DNA from: an uncultured Planctomycetota bacterium
GTDB lineage: Bacteria > Planctomycetota > Planctomycetia > Isosphaerales > Isosphaeraceae
Direction of reading: 5' to 3'
Assembly (NCBI GenBank): GCA_963823665.1
Contig: CAWGMQ010000003.1
Location: 1,056,001-1,120,000 of the forward strand
DNA: 64,000 nucleotides
Shown here: positions 1 to 10,437 of the stretch, one piece after another
Numbering within the stretch: the stretch's first letter is position 1
Layout: each line of letters opens with the position of its first letter
The notes under the pieces: model-generated
Seen by the model: the letters and a program-made list of their open reading frames with translations, nothing else
What the model was told of the DNA's origin: nothing
The model's database searches: none
Position numbers and translations under genes: made by a program

Positions 1-479
1 GACGCATACGCGGCGGCAAAAGGCGCTCCGAAGATCGACGTCATGCTGCCGATGTTGATGATCTTGCCGCCGCCGGCGCGCTTCATCGCGGCATAAACAA
101 CTTTCGACATCAAGAAGGCGCTCGTCAGGTTGACCTTCAAGACCTGGTCCCAATCGTCGAGCGAGAGGTCCTGCGGCTGCTTGCGGATATTGATGCCGGC
201 GTTGTTGAAGAGGATGTCAATGCGGCCGAAGTGAGCAAGCGTTTCCGCTGCCGCGCGCGCTGCGTCTTCCTCGCGCGAGACGTCGGCGGTGACCACGAGC
301 GTCTTCACGCCCGTGCTTTCCGTCAATTGCCGTGCCGCCGATTCGGACTTCGCCGTATTGCGCCCGAGCACGGCGATTGACGCGCCAGCCTCAGCCAGGC
401 CGTGAGCGATTCCCAGCCCGATTCCACCATTGCCGCCGGTGACGATTGCCACCTTGCCGCTCAAGTCAAACAGGTTCAC
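1..479 (-). CDS. Short-chain dehydrogenase/reductase (KduD/gluconate 5-dehydrogenase-like); runs off the window start
   Basis: Manual translation MNLFDLSGKVAIVTGGNGGIGLGIAHGL with TGxxxGIG and NNAG motifs; GTG at 479 preceded by AGGAG. Confidence 0.85.
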   Translation of the reverse strand, partial: MNLFDLSGKVAIVTGGNGGIGLGIAHGLAEAGASIAVLGRNTAKSESAARQLTESTGVKTLVVTADVSREEDAARAAAETLAHFGRIDILFNNAGINIRKQPQDLSLDDWDQVLKVNLTSAFLMSKVVYAAMKRAGGGKIINIGSMTSIFGAPFAAAYA

Positions 480-680
480 TTGCGTCTCCTCTCATCCTGG
501 TAGGGCGGCCACGCGACCGACTCGCTTCCGATCCCAAGCGTATCGGACCGAGGACGCGCGGGCAACGGTCTGCGGTATGCCGAACTTCATCATTCTTGCG
601 GGTTCGGCAGAGTGGACGCGGCGGTTGACGCGGATAGCTGAGACGTGGACCATGGTGAATGCGTTGAGGAGGCGCGCAAC

Positions 681-1355
681 ATGGCCGAGCATACCGCCGC
701 CGAGCCGAGCGAGGGTCACGGCAACCCGTACAGAGCTTCGGCTGTCGACTTCAATGTTCCGTGGAGCGATGGTCCAGCCGACGCGCTGGCGCTTCGTCGA
801 GCGCATCGCCGCGAAGAGTCGCTGATGAAGGGTTTGGCGATCGTTAATTTCTTGTACGCGTTGTACTTCGGAACAGGCGTCGCTTATGAGTTCTCCAGCG
901 TGATCGGTCATCTGACCGGCCGTTTGGAGGCTCCGTGGATCGTGCAACCGGGCTGGATCGTGATGCTCGTCCTCTTGGCCTGCAAGTCCATCGCTGGACT
1001 GGGCGCCACTTTCGGTTTCCTTTGGCGAAAGCGCTCGGCGCTGTGGTGCGAGCTCACACTCGCGTTGTCGTGGGCCATGATGGTGGCGCTCGACCCGCTC
1101 ATTGGAGGCCCCCGTTCCGCGCTGGATTTCGTCGGCTTCACTGCAGCCCATCTCACGCTCGCCGCGCCGATGCTGAGTGCTTGGTACCTTCGGAACTCAG
1201 TTGTATTTGACGCCAGGTACTCCGAAGCGATCGCCACGACGCGCCGCATCTGGGTCTGGCCGAGAATTCCTGCTAAGGTCATCCTAATCGTGTTCGTGTT
1301 CGCGTTCGTGTTCTTCGTAGTCGTCGTTATAACGGTCGCCCTTTCTCCACGCTGA
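681..1355 (+). CDS. Membrane protein with N-terminal NPY motif, paralog 1 of 4
   Basis: GAGGAGG RBS before ATG 681; GNPYRAS motif; about 5 hydrophobic segments; clearly similar to the next three genes. Confidence 0.75.
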   Translation: MAEHTAAEPSEGHGNPYRASAVDFNVPWSDGPADALALRRAHRREESLMKGLAIVNFLYALYFGTGVAYEFSSVIGHLTGRLEAPWIVQPGWIVMLVLLACKSIAGLGATFGFLWRKRSALWCELTLALSWAMMVALDPLIGGPRSALDFVGFTAAHLTLAAPMLSAWYLRNSVVFDARYSEAIATTRRIWVWPRIPAKVILIVFVFAFVFFVVVVITVALSPR

Positions 1356-1369
1356 GGAGTCGGATCGAC

Positions 1370-2159
1370 GTCTCTCAAACGCGATAAGATCGTACCAATC
1401 CAGGCAGCGGAGGTTTGCAGGCAATGGCCGATCAGGCACGAACCGAACCGTACGGGGATCCCGGCAACCCGTACGCGGCTCCGGCTGTCGACTTCAACGA
1501 CCCATGGACCGATGGACCGGCCGACGCGCTGGCGCTTCGTCGAACCCATCGCCGTGAAGAGTCGTTCGTGAAGGGTTTGGCGATCGCCAATTTCTTGTAC
1601 ATGCTGTTCTTCGGAGCAAGCGCGGTGTATGAGTTGTCGATCTTGATCGGTCATTTGGCCGGTCGGATGAGTGCTCCATGGATCGTGCGACCGGGCTGGA
1701 TCGCGATGCTTGCCGTGATGGTCTGCATGCCCATCGCAGCGCTCGGCGCGGCCTGGGGTTTCCTCGGGCGCAAGCGCTGGGCGAGCTGGTGCGAGCTGAC
1801 GCTCGCCCTGTTGTGGGTTTTGATGGTGGCGCTCGAACCGCTCATCCGGTCCGTTCCCAGACCCGCCCAGGAATTCCTCGGACTGACCGCGGCGCACCTG
1901 ATGCTCGCCGCGCCGATGCTGAGTGCCTGGAACCTCCGGGGCTCAGTCGTTTTTGATGCCGACTATTCCGCCGCGATTGCCGCGACGCGCGGGCTCTGGT
2001 TTTGGCCGAAGATCCCAGGCAAGATCATTTTGCTCGCGATCGTATTCTTTGTAGTCGCACTCGTCCTGATCGGCGTCTCTCAACACCGATAAGATCGTGC
2101 CGACCCGGGCAGCGGAGGTTTGCAGGCAATGGCCGATCAGGCACAGACCGAACCATACG
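1370..2159. repeat. About 85-bp imperfect direct repeat (1370-1453 and 2075-2159) spanning gene end, RBS and first codons of paralogs 2 and 3
   Basis: CGATAAGATCGT...GGCAGCGGAGGTTTGCAGGCAATGGCCGATCAGGCAC occurs twice. Confidence 0.85.
1424..2092 (+). CDS. NPY-motif membrane protein, paralog 2
   Basis: GGAGGT RBS; GNPYAAP; body closely similar to paralog 1 at DNA level. Confidence 0.75.
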   Translation: MADQARTEPYGDPGNPYAAPAVDFNDPWTDGPADALALRRTHRREESFVKGLAIANFLYMLFFGASAVYELSILIGHLAGRMSAPWIVRPGWIAMLAVMVCMPIAALGAAWGFLGRKRWASWCELTLALLWVLMVALEPLIRSVPRPAQEFLGLTAAHLMLAAPMLSAWNLRGSVVFDADYSAAIAATRGLWFWPKIPGKIILLAIVFFVVALVLIGVSQHR

Positions 2160-2797
2160 AAGATCTCGTCAACCCGTACCTGGCGCCGACGCGCGAACTG
2201 GGGGAGCCCTGGGGCACGGGCGATCTGGAACTGGAGGCAATCCGTCGCGCGAATCTCGGCGATGAGGCGTACCTGAAGATCGTCGTGCGCGCAAATTTCG
2301 TGATTGCGGCGATGATCTGTGCGTTCGGCGGCTATTACTTGAGCTTCCCGGTTCGGCGTGCACTCGGCCAGATCGACGCTCCATGGATTGCCCAACCAAA
2401 CTGGATGGTTTTTTACGCGCTGCTGGTTCTCATGCCGGTCCTGTGCATTCTCTCGGGCTATGGACTCCATCGTCGGAAAACCTGGGCGCTCTACGTCGAA
2501 ACGCTGCTTGTTCTCGCCCTTTTGATCTTCTGGGTGTTTCCGCTTTTCAATCGTGACGATCCAACCCCGATCATGCATTTTGTCGTTGGCGCGATCTTCG
2601 GCCTGTGCGTGACCACGCCGTTCTTGAACGTGTGGGATCTCAAAAACTCAGCGGTCTATCGGAGCGAATACCGTCATGTCATCGAGGCAACGTCTTATAT
2701 CCGAGTGAAGGCAAAGCTTCCGCTGTCTCTCAGGCTGATGATGGGCGTATTCGCTCTGGTTTTTCTGGCGCTGGGGGCCTACCTGGCCGTGGGCTGA
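2129..2797 (+). CDS. NPY-motif membrane protein, paralog 3
   Basis: GGAGGT RBS; VNPYLAP; shared APWI and RRKxWA motifs. Confidence 0.75.
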   Translation: MADQAQTEPYEDLVNPYLAPTRELGEPWGTGDLELEAIRRANLGDEAYLKIVVRANFVIAAMICAFGGYYLSFPVRRALGQIDAPWIAQPNWMVFYALLVLMPVLCILSGYGLHRRKTWALYVETLLVLALLIFWVFPLFNRDDPTPIMHFVVGAIFGLCVTTPFLNVWDLKNSAVYRSEYRHVIEATSYIRVKAKLPLSLRLMMGVFALVFLALGAYLAVG

Positions 2798-2834
2798 CCG
2801 AACAACGGGGCAAACGGATTGGGAGCCGCGTTTC

Positions 2835-3498
2835 ATGGCCGAAATGCCGACAAATGCGCCGCCGGACGACGAGCCGAACCCGTACGCTCCGCCGCAAGCG
2901 GACTTCAACGACCGCTCGGGCATCGTTGACCCGGAGGTCGAGCGCTTTGTCGCGCGCACCTCAAGGACGAATCTTATTTGAAGGCTTTGGCGATCATCAA
3001 CTTCGCTTACGCCGCTTGTTTTGCCCCTTACTTGATCGATTGGCGCGGACCCTGCTTTTACACTCTAGCGGCCGGACCCACTCGCCATGGATTGTCCGTC
3101 CGATGCGCGTCGCAGATATGATCATCGTGACTGTCATATTTATTTGCGCGCTGGCGGCTGCCTGCGGTTTTTTTATGCGAAAGCGCTGGGCTTTGCGATT
3201 CGAGCTCCTGGTGGCTCTCGGTATTGGTCTAGGCGCTGCTCTCGAGCGGCTGGTCCCCAGCCGGCCAATTCCCATCATGAGGTTGATCGGGGAGATTGCC
3301 ATTTTGCTGATCCTCGTCGCGCCGATGCTTGAAGTTTCACGCCTTCGGCGCTCCGTGGTCTTCGACCCCGCGTGCGCTCACACGCTAAGGGCGACTACAC
3401 ATATCAAAGCATGGCCGAAGCTCTCCCGCAGGCTCACGCTGATCCTGCTCACGCTCGTTGTATCTCTCGCGGTGCTCGTCGTTCTCGCGGGGACTTGA
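2835..3498 (+). CDS. NPY-motif membrane protein, paralog 4 (two apparent frameshifts near 2948 and 3040)
   Basis: MAEMPTNAPPDDEPNPYAPP, then RRAHLKDESYLKALAIINF and SPWIVRP...RKRWA in shifted frames. Confidence 0.65.
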
Positions 3499-3564
3499 GA
3501 AGCCCAATACGGGGCAGACGGTCCTCGGTCACGAACTGCACAGGCTGAGATCAGGGCGCCGACC

Positions 3565-5485
3565 TCAATCCCACTTGAGGATCGCGCCGGTATCCGCGCT
3601 CGTGGCCATCTTGGCGTACCGCGAGAGGTAGCTCGACGTGATCTTGAGTTTGGGGGCAGTCCACGTCGCGCGGCGGTCGGCAAGCTCCTGTTCCGAAAGC
3701 CGCACCGAGAGGACGCCGCTTTGGATGTCGATATCGATGATGTCACCGTCCTTGAGAAGCCCGATCGGCCCGCCGACTGCCGCTTCGGGGCTAACATGCC
3801 CGATCGAAGCGCCCGCGGTTCCGCCCGAGAATCGCCCATCCGTCACCAGGGCACACTTGTCGTCGAGACCGACGGCCTTGATCGCCGTGGTGGGAGCGAG
3901 CATTTCTTGCATGCCCGGGCCGCCCTTGGGGCCTTCGTAGCGGATGACGACAACATCGCCGGGCTTGACCTTGTTGAAGGCGATGCCCTGGTAGGCGTCG
4001 ATCTCGCTGTCGAAGATCACGGCTGGCCCGCTGTGCTTGAGCATCTTGGGGCTCACCCCGGCCGTCTTGATAACGGCTCCTCGCGGGGCCAGATTGCCCG
4101 AGAGCATGGTCAGCCCGCCAGTGCGCGAATAGGCATTCTCGACCGTGCGAATGACGTCATAGGGATCAAATCCATCGGATGAGCCGTTGCCGGGGACTGT
4201 TGAACCGTTGCCGTCCGGTGCTTCAACATCGTCTGCGGTTTCTCCTTCAGCGTCGAGCAGGGCGAGCCCGGCAACACCCGAACGGGCCTCGAGCGAGACG
4301 CTGGGCACGGTCCAGGCTTCCTGGGTCCGCTGCCCGCCGGCACGGACCTGCGAAAGCAGTCGGGCCTGTGCACTTGCACCGGCGCTCCGGATGTCAAATT
4401 CCTCGATGTTCTCGCCGAGCGTTCTGCCGGTGACGGTCATGCAGGTGAGGTCGAGGTGGCCAGGGCAGCCGCGGGCGACTTCGCCCAGAATCGTGTGAAT
4501 GCCCCCTGCCCTTGCTACGTCCTCGATATGGTAGCGGCTCGAAGGGCTCACCTTGCAGAGGTTGGGGGTCTTCTTGCTGAGGGCGTCGATCCGCTCGAGT
4601 GAGAAGGGGACGCCGGCTTCGTGAGCGATCGCCAGGATGTGAAGAACCGTGTTGGTGCTTCCCCCCATCGCCATATCGAGGATCATTGCGTTGTCGAATG
4701 CTGCGGGTGAGGCGATCTCGCGCGGAAGAAGGCCATGGCCCGGACCGCGCTTGGCGAGTTCCCTGGCCATGGCGACGATGCGATTGGCGGCGCGTTCATA
4801 GAGCGACTTGCGATCGGCCGAAGTGGCGAGAATCGTACCGTTGCCGGGCAGTGCCAGTCCGATCGCCTCGGCCAGGCAGTTCATGCTGTTGGCCGTGAAC
4901 ATTCCCGAGCAGCTCCCGCATGTCGGGCACGCAGCCTGCTCGATCTCTTCGAGCTCCTCGGCTGAAATCTTGCCATTCTGCTTCTGGACTCCCGCGACGA
5001 ACGCATCGATCAGGTCGACGGTCTTTCCCGACGCTGTCTTGCCGGCCTCCATCGGACCGCCGGAGACGAAGATCGTCGGGACATTCACTCGCATCGCACC
5101 CATGAACATGCCGGGGACGATCTTGTCGCAGTTGGGAATGCACACCATCGCGTCGAAACAGTGAGCCTGGATCATCGTCTCGACGCAGTCGGCGATCAGC
5201 TCGCGCGAGGGCAGCGAATACTTCATGCCGTCGTGGCCCATGGCGATGCCGTCGTCGACGCCGATCGTGTTGAACAGAAACGGCACGCCGCCGGCGGCAC
5301 GCACACACTCCTTGACGTAGTTGCCCACGGCCTGGAGGTGGACGTGCCCGGGGATGATGTCGACGTGGCTGTTGCAAATGGCGATGAATGGCTTGTTCCA
5401 GTCGCCCTCACCCACGCCGGTTGCACGGAGCAGACTGCGATGCGGCTGCGCGGGCGTCGCCGCGCTTGATCGTGTCGGAACGCAT
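3565..5485 (-). CDS. ilvD: Dihydroxy-acid dehydratase (frameshift near 5445)
   Basis: [24 protein letters not shown]-terminus; [46 protein letters not shown] motifs. Confidence 0.95.
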
Positions 5486-5514
5486 GATGATGCGGGCCTC
5501 GAATCAGATGAACG

Positions 5515-6510
5515 TCACTTGTAAACGGCCAGACCGGGATTCGTCTGCTTGAGTTTATCGACGCCTTTGGGGGTGACCTTCGTGCCGATCAAGTAGACCG
5601 ACTTGAGACTCTTCATGTCCTTGAGTGCGTCGAGGCCGGCGTCGGTGACGTCCGTCCGGCTGAGCGCGAGCACCTGGAGGTTCTTGAGCCCCTTGAGTGT
5701 GGGGAGGCCCTTGTCGCCGACCTTGGAGTAGGTCAGGAACAACATCGTCAGGTTGGAAAGTCCTTTGAGGTGATCGAGCGCGGCATCGGTGACCAGGGGG
5801 CTCATCAGCGTGAGCGAGCTCAAGCCCGTGAGGTCCTTGAGAGGAGCGACAGCCGCATCGTTGACCTGACCATTATCGACATTCACGACCTGCAGGTTGG
5901 GCACGTTCTTGAGCAGGTTGAGTGAATCCTTGTCGCCAGTCCACTTCTTGAGAATGTTGACCGTTGCGATCTCCTTGCCGTCCTTGGTCTTGTCCACGGT
6001 GACGATGGCCCCCAGTTTCTCGAGATCGAGCATCGCGACCTTCAGCTTGAGGGTGGCGACCTCCTTCTCCAGGGCCGCGATCTGTTGTTTGAGCTTGGCC
6101 GGATCGTCGGCCGGAGGCGTCGCTGGAACCGCCGCGGGCTTGGTCTCGGGCTTCTTTTCATCTTTGGCCTGCGGTTTCGTCGCTGGAACCGCCGCGGGCT
6201 TGGTCTCGGGCTTCTTTTCATCTTTGGCCTGCGGTTTCGTCGCTGGAACCGCCGCGGGCTTGGTCTCGGGCTTCTTTTCGTCCTTGGCCTGCGGTTTCGT
6301 CGCTGGGGCCACTGCGGGTTTGGTCTCGGGCTTCTTTTCCTCCTTGGCCTGCGGTTTTGCGTCCGGCTTTTTCTGCTCTTTGGCGTCGGGCTTGGCTTTT
6401 TCCTGGGCATGCGAGGGGCTGGATAGCGCGGCGAGTGAAATCAATCCAGCCGCGATCAAGAGCGGCAGCGCCGCTCGGGGCATCCAGGCCTTTGTGTGCT
6501 TGCAAGTCAT
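5515..6510 (-). CDS. Secreted protein with Lys/Pro/Ala repeats, coiled coil and leucine-rich repeats
   Basis: Signal peptide ending in SHA-Q; KPQAKDEKKPETKPAAVPAT repeats; LxxLxLxxTxVTDAGL LRRs. Confidence 0.8.
   Translation of the reverse strand: MTCKHTKAWMPRAALPLLIAAGLISLAALSSPSHAQEKAKPDAKEQKKPDAKPQAKEEKKPETKPAVAPATKPQAKDEKKPETKPAAVPATKPQAKDEKKPETKPAAVPATKPQAKDEKKPETKPAAVPATPPADDPAKLKQQIAALEKEVATLKLKVAMLDLEKLGAIVTVDKTKDGKEIATVNILKKWTGDKDSLNLLKNVPNLQVVNVDNGQVNDAAVAPLKDLTGLSSLTLMSPLVTDAALDHLKGLSNLTMLFLTYSKVGDKGLPTLKGLKNLQVLALSRTDVTDAGLDALKDMKSLKSVYLIGTKVTPKGVDKLKQTNPGLAVYK
6119..6360. repeat. 60-bp coding tandem repeat, four copies
   Basis: 60-mers starting at 6121 and 6181 are identical; those at 6241 and 6301 are near-identical. 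Confidence 0.95.
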
Positions 6511-6710
6511 GGCGCATCGGCTCCCTTACAGTGTCTGCGCAAGGCCGTCATCGGGCTGTTCTGGCAATCGGAATCAGGGCTGGGACGGCGTCATTCGCCG
6601 TCTCCCCGCTGTGGAATGCACTGCACGGCCAAGCGGTGGGTTTGACGACTTCTCTCTAGATTGACAACCTTCACGATAAAGCCAACGCAAGTTATTGGCA
6701 ACCGCTTCAT

Positions 6711-7541
6711 CTAGTGAGTCGTCCAGAGGAAGTGGCCCATGAGCAACCCGGCGACGAATGCGAGCGCGATTCCCAGCAGGACAAAAAGCGACCATGAGAG
6801 CACGACCGATGCAGGCAAAACGACCTCACGAATCCGGCGAATCTCGGTGCCGGGCGGGAGGATCGTCGGGTGCTCGATCTCAATCGAGGCCCCGATAAGC
6901 GCAGCCTCGGCACGTTGCGGCACGGGTGGCGGCGCAAGCGGCTCGACGGGGGCCGGGGAAAGGTCGACGGTTTGCGTGAGCGTTGCCGGAAACGCCTCGG
7001 CGGTCGGCGGAACGACGGGGGTCTCCAAGACCGGGCCACGCGAAGAGAGAGAGGCGATCGATTCGGTGCGCGACGGCGCCTCGAGAACTTCGGGCGGAGG
7101 CCACGGAGCGCGCTCTGCGACAGGGGGCGGCGGCTGCCGCGCGAGGCTTTCGAAGAACTCAGCTTCGACGCGCAGGTCTTCGGGCCTGAGGTCGATCAAG
7201 TCGGGGGGTAGCACCGCCGCGAGGTCGTCGACGGCCATCGGCGACGGCGCTGGCGCTGGCTGGGACACCGTCTGGACGGCGATGGCGACGGCTGTCGATT
7301 CTGCGGCGGCGGCGACCTCGGGCTCGGCCCTGGTCCGCGGCTCTGCACGGGTCTTCGCCCGGGCAGGTGCAGGAGCCTTGGGCTGGACGTCAGTGTTTTC
7401 GTCCGTGCGAAGCTCGGGAACGGGGATGAGCAGTTCTGCACTGCACTTCGGGCACGTAACGACCGAGCCTGCCTTGTTCGGAGTTGCACCGAGAAGCTGG
7501 TTACACCGATAGCAGCGGAACTTGAGCCGCTCAATTGCCAT
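6711..7541 (-). CDS. Zinc-ribbon protein with Pro-rich linker and C-terminal TM helix
   Basis: CYRC...CPKC at the N-terminus, low-complexity middle, single C-terminal hydrophobic helix. Confidence 0.7.
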   Translation of the reverse strand: MAIERLKFRCYRCNQLLGATPNKAGSVVTCPKCSAELLIPVPELRTDENTDVQPKAPAPARAKTRAEPRTRAEPEVAAAAESTAVAIAVQTVSQPAPAPSPMAVDDLAAVLPPDLIDLRPEDLRVEAEFFESLARQPPPPVAERAPWPPPEVLEAPSRTESIASLSSRGPVLETPVVPPTAEAFPATLTQTVDLSPAPVEPLAPPPVPQRAEAALIGASIEIEHPTILPPGTEIRRIREVVLPASVVLSWSLFVLLGIALAFVAGLLMGHFLWTTH

Positions 7542-7750
7542 TCTGCCGCCTTTCGCGTCACGCCGGACCACTGTTGCAGGGCGAGCCGGGCCAAACCCCA
7601 ATTCCAGCCTAAGCGGCCGGAAGCGTTTTTGCCACATCATGCCCGGATGGAGCACGCTTCGAAAACGCCCCGATCGGGCTTGTGAGCGAGGGACGCGATC
7701 AAATGTGATTGCCTCCAGGCGGCGGGTGTGCCGCGCATCGGGCTCGGCGG

Positions 7751-8236
7751 TCAAGCCGGTTCAGGCCGCTTGACAGCGGACCGCATCCGGTTGCGGGGCA
7801 CTTTGAGGGCGGTGTTCACCCAGTAGTGCTCGAGCGTGGCGACCAGCTCGCGATAGCGGGGATACTCATCGGGCTTGGAGATATAGGTGTTGGCGCCGGC
7901 CTGATAGGTTTGAACGATATCCTCTTCGCGCTCGGAGGTGGTGAGGATCACCACGGGAATCATGCGAAGGAGGGGGTCGCTTTTGATTCGTGTGAGCACC
8001 TGGCACCCGTCCATCCCGGGCAAGTTCAAGTCCAGCAGAATCAAGTCGGGCTCGCGATCGGAAGTTACGACGTCGTCGCGCAGCTTGAAGAGATAGTCGA
8101 GCGCGTGTTTTCCGTCGGTGATCACCGTCAAACGATGGGAGACGTCACCCTCGCGGAGTGCGCGCTCGATGATCTTGGCGTCGGCTCGGCTGTCCTCGAT
8201 CAACAGGATATGGAATTCAGATCGTGGGAGATTCAT
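7751..8236 (-). CDS. Single-domain response regulator (Rcp1-like)
   Basis: ILLIEDS, PDLILLDLNLPGMDG, IPVVILTTS, GANTYISKP. Confidence 0.9.
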   Translation of the reverse strand: MNLPRSEFHILLIEDSRADAKIIERALREGDVSHRLTVITDGKHALDYLFKLRDDVVTSDREPDLILLDLNLPGMDGCQVLTRIKSDPLLRMIPVVILTTSEREEDIVQTYQAGANTYISKPDEYPRYRELVATLEHYWVNTALKVPRNRMRSAVKRPEPA

Positions 8237-10373
8237 CCGGGGACACCTGTGAGACGTGGTGTTCAGAGAGTGCCTGTAACAAGCCGGGAGCAACGAGCGA
8301 AGCTAGTGATGCCGGCGACGGGTTGCTTCGCAAACGGATAAAGAATGTCGACCCTTCGCCGGGAGTGCTTTCGACCCAGATTCGACCGCCGTGCGCCTGG
8401 ACGATTTTGTTGCAGATCGCCAGTCCGACGCCGGTTCCCTCGTATTCGTCGTGGGTGTGCAGACGCCTGAAAAGTTGAAAAATCGTGTTGTGATACTCGG
8501 GCTCGATGCCGATTCCGTTGTCTTTGATCGCAATGAGGACGTGTGGATCGAGATGGTTCTCGTGAGGGTGATCCGGCGAATCGGCGCCGACATCAGTTTT
8601 TGCTTCGACCTCGACCCACGGACTCGAGCTCTGGTTATACTTTACCGCATTGCCGATCAAGTTTGCAAGCAGTTGGCCAATCCGGTCGTGGTCGCCCCAG
8701 ACTGGCGGAAGCGCACCGTTGATCCTGAGCTCGGCGTTCTTGGAGCGCAGGAGCTCGCCCAGATCGGCCTTGACGACAGCCATCAGCTCCTCCAGATCGA
8801 CCATGGCGAACTCTCCGATCACCTTGCCGGCGCGGGAAAGTTTGAGCAAACCGTGGATCATGGCGCGCATCCGGCGGGAGGCCTCGACGAGGTATCGCAA
8901 ATACTCCTTGCCCTCGTTCTCGATCCGGTCGCCGTAGTCTTTCATCAGAAAGCCGGAAAAAGAGATCAACGTTCGCAGGGGCTCCAGGAGATCGTGCGAG
9001 ACGACGTAGACGAACTCGTCAAGCTCTCGATTGCGGTGCGAGAGTTCCGCGTTGGTTTCTCCCAGCCGCCGGTTCTTTTCCTGAAGCTCGGCTTCCAGTA
9101 GCCGGTTGAGCGTGATGTCCTGGGCCACGAAGCGGCTGTGCATGATTGACCCCTTCGATGCCATGACGACCTTGCCGATGACCCAGACATCGATCAGCTC
9201 GCCGCTGGAAGTGACCCAGGAGGTTTCCTTTTCGATCGAGCCCCGTGCCATGAACTCGCGGTAACGCTCGATGAAGCCCCCCGCTCTGGGGCCTACAAGC
9301 AGCTTTTCGTAGGAATGGCCGACAACATCCTCGCGTGCGACCTTCAAGGTGTTGAGCATCGTCTGGTTGCACTCGATCACCGTGCCGTGGACGTCCAGGC
9401 TGAAGTACATGGCAGGCGAGTTTTCATAGAGGTCGGTATATCGATCCTTGAGCTCCTCGAGCTCGCGGTTGATCTTGCGCAACTGCTCGTTGACCTGGGT
9501 CAGCTCCTGAGTCCGCAGCTTGAGCACGCGCTCGGCTCGGACCTTGTCGCTGACGTCGGTGAGATGGCAGCGCAGGTGGCTGACTGCGGTCTTCCCGTAG
9601 CGAGCACCGACATTGATCTCCACAGCCCGGGTCTTGCTTTGCGCCGTGCGCACCCGCACGACCAAGCCCAGGGCTTCGCCCCGCTCGAGCGCCTCGCGCA
9701 AGGTCTGCGCGGCGCGGGGGCGATCGTCGGGATGAATGACGTCGAGGAACGACTTCTGTCTCAGCTCGGTCAGGTTCCAGCCGAGGAACTCCTGTTCGGC
9801 GGGGCTCGATTCAATCCAATGAAACCCGGCCGGCTCGAGCCGATTGACCATGTCAATGGTCGAGAAATCGCCGGACATGCTCGGGTTGAACGCCGCGCTC
9901 GTCTCCGATGGGGCATCAAAGAGACCGCTCCGGGTCATGGATGCAGTCGACTCGAGCGGCGGACGTTCGATGTGAATTCGCGCTCCAGCGACCGGCGGCG
10001 AGGCTTGCACGAGTTGGCGGGCACGCTGGTGCCTGGCCAGGGCCGCAATCTCGCGAGTGAGCTCTGCCAGCTCGGGCGTCGGTGGAAGCGTCTGCACCCG
10101 GTCGTTCTTGCGGGCCTGTCTGAGCGAGCGGGCGATTTCTGCGAGCTCCCCGAGCGGAACGCGCCACCGCGTGCGGTCGTACCAGAGAGAAACCCCAAAC
10201 GTGGCGGCTGCCGCACCAAACCCGGCGATTGCGACCAGGATGCCGTCGCCGGGCCTGAGCTTCGCAACCGCGAGCGCGACGACTGCCATCCAGGCCATGC
10301 TGATCAGGAGAGCCGCCGTCCACCGCGTGGGCCTTCCCACAAGGCGCCGGGGGCGAGTCGCCGGCTGCGTCAT
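8217..10373 (-). CDS. Membrane-bound PAS-PAS sensor histidine kinase
   Basis: Two TM helices, two PAS-like segments, H-box VSHDLLEPLR, NLIGNAVKY, DNGIG, GTGVGL. Confidence 0.92.
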   Translation of the reverse strand: MTQPATRPRRLVGRPTRWTAALLISMAWMAVVALAVAKLRPGDGILVAIAGFGAAAATFGVSLWYDRTRWRVPLGELAEIARSLRQARKNDRVQTLPPTPELAELTREIAALARHQRARQLVQASPPVAGARIHIERPPLESTASMTRSGLFDAPSETSAAFNPSMSGDFSTIDMVNRLEPAGFHWIESSPAEQEFLGWNLTELRQKSFLDVIHPDDRPRAAQTLREALERGEALGLVVRVRTAQSKTRAVEINVGARYGKTAVSHLRCHLTDVSDKVRAERVLKLRTQELTQVNEQLRKINRELEELKDRYTDLYENSPAMYFSLDVHGTVIECNQTMLNTLKVAREDVVGHSYEKLLVGPRAGGFIERYREFMARGSIEKETSWVTSSGELIDVWVIGKVVMASKGSIMHSRFVAQDITLNRLLEAELQEKNRRLGETNAELSHRNRELDEFVYVVSHDLLEPLRTLISFSGFLMKDYGDRIENEGKEYLRYLVEASRRMRAMIHGLLKLSRAGKVIGEFAMVDLEELMAVVKADLGELLRSKNAELRINGALPPVWGDHDRIGQLLANLIGNAVKYNQSSSPWVEVEAKTDVGADSPDHPHENHLDPHVLIAIKDNGIGIEPEYHNTIFQLFRRLHTHDEYEGTGVGLAICNKIVQAHGGRIWVESTPGEGSTFFIRLRSNPSPASLASLVAPGLLQALSEHHVSQVSPDESPTI

Positions 10374-10437
10374 CTGTCTCGGTCTCACGAGGCTTGCTCA
10401 AACGGTGCCTTGTCAGAAGAACAAGGCCGTTCGAACG

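Noticed and set aside
4170..4390. Acidic, Gly-rich insertion in IlvD as an intein
   Set aside because: No Cys/Ser start or His-Asn end motifs; it falls in a naturally variable loop region
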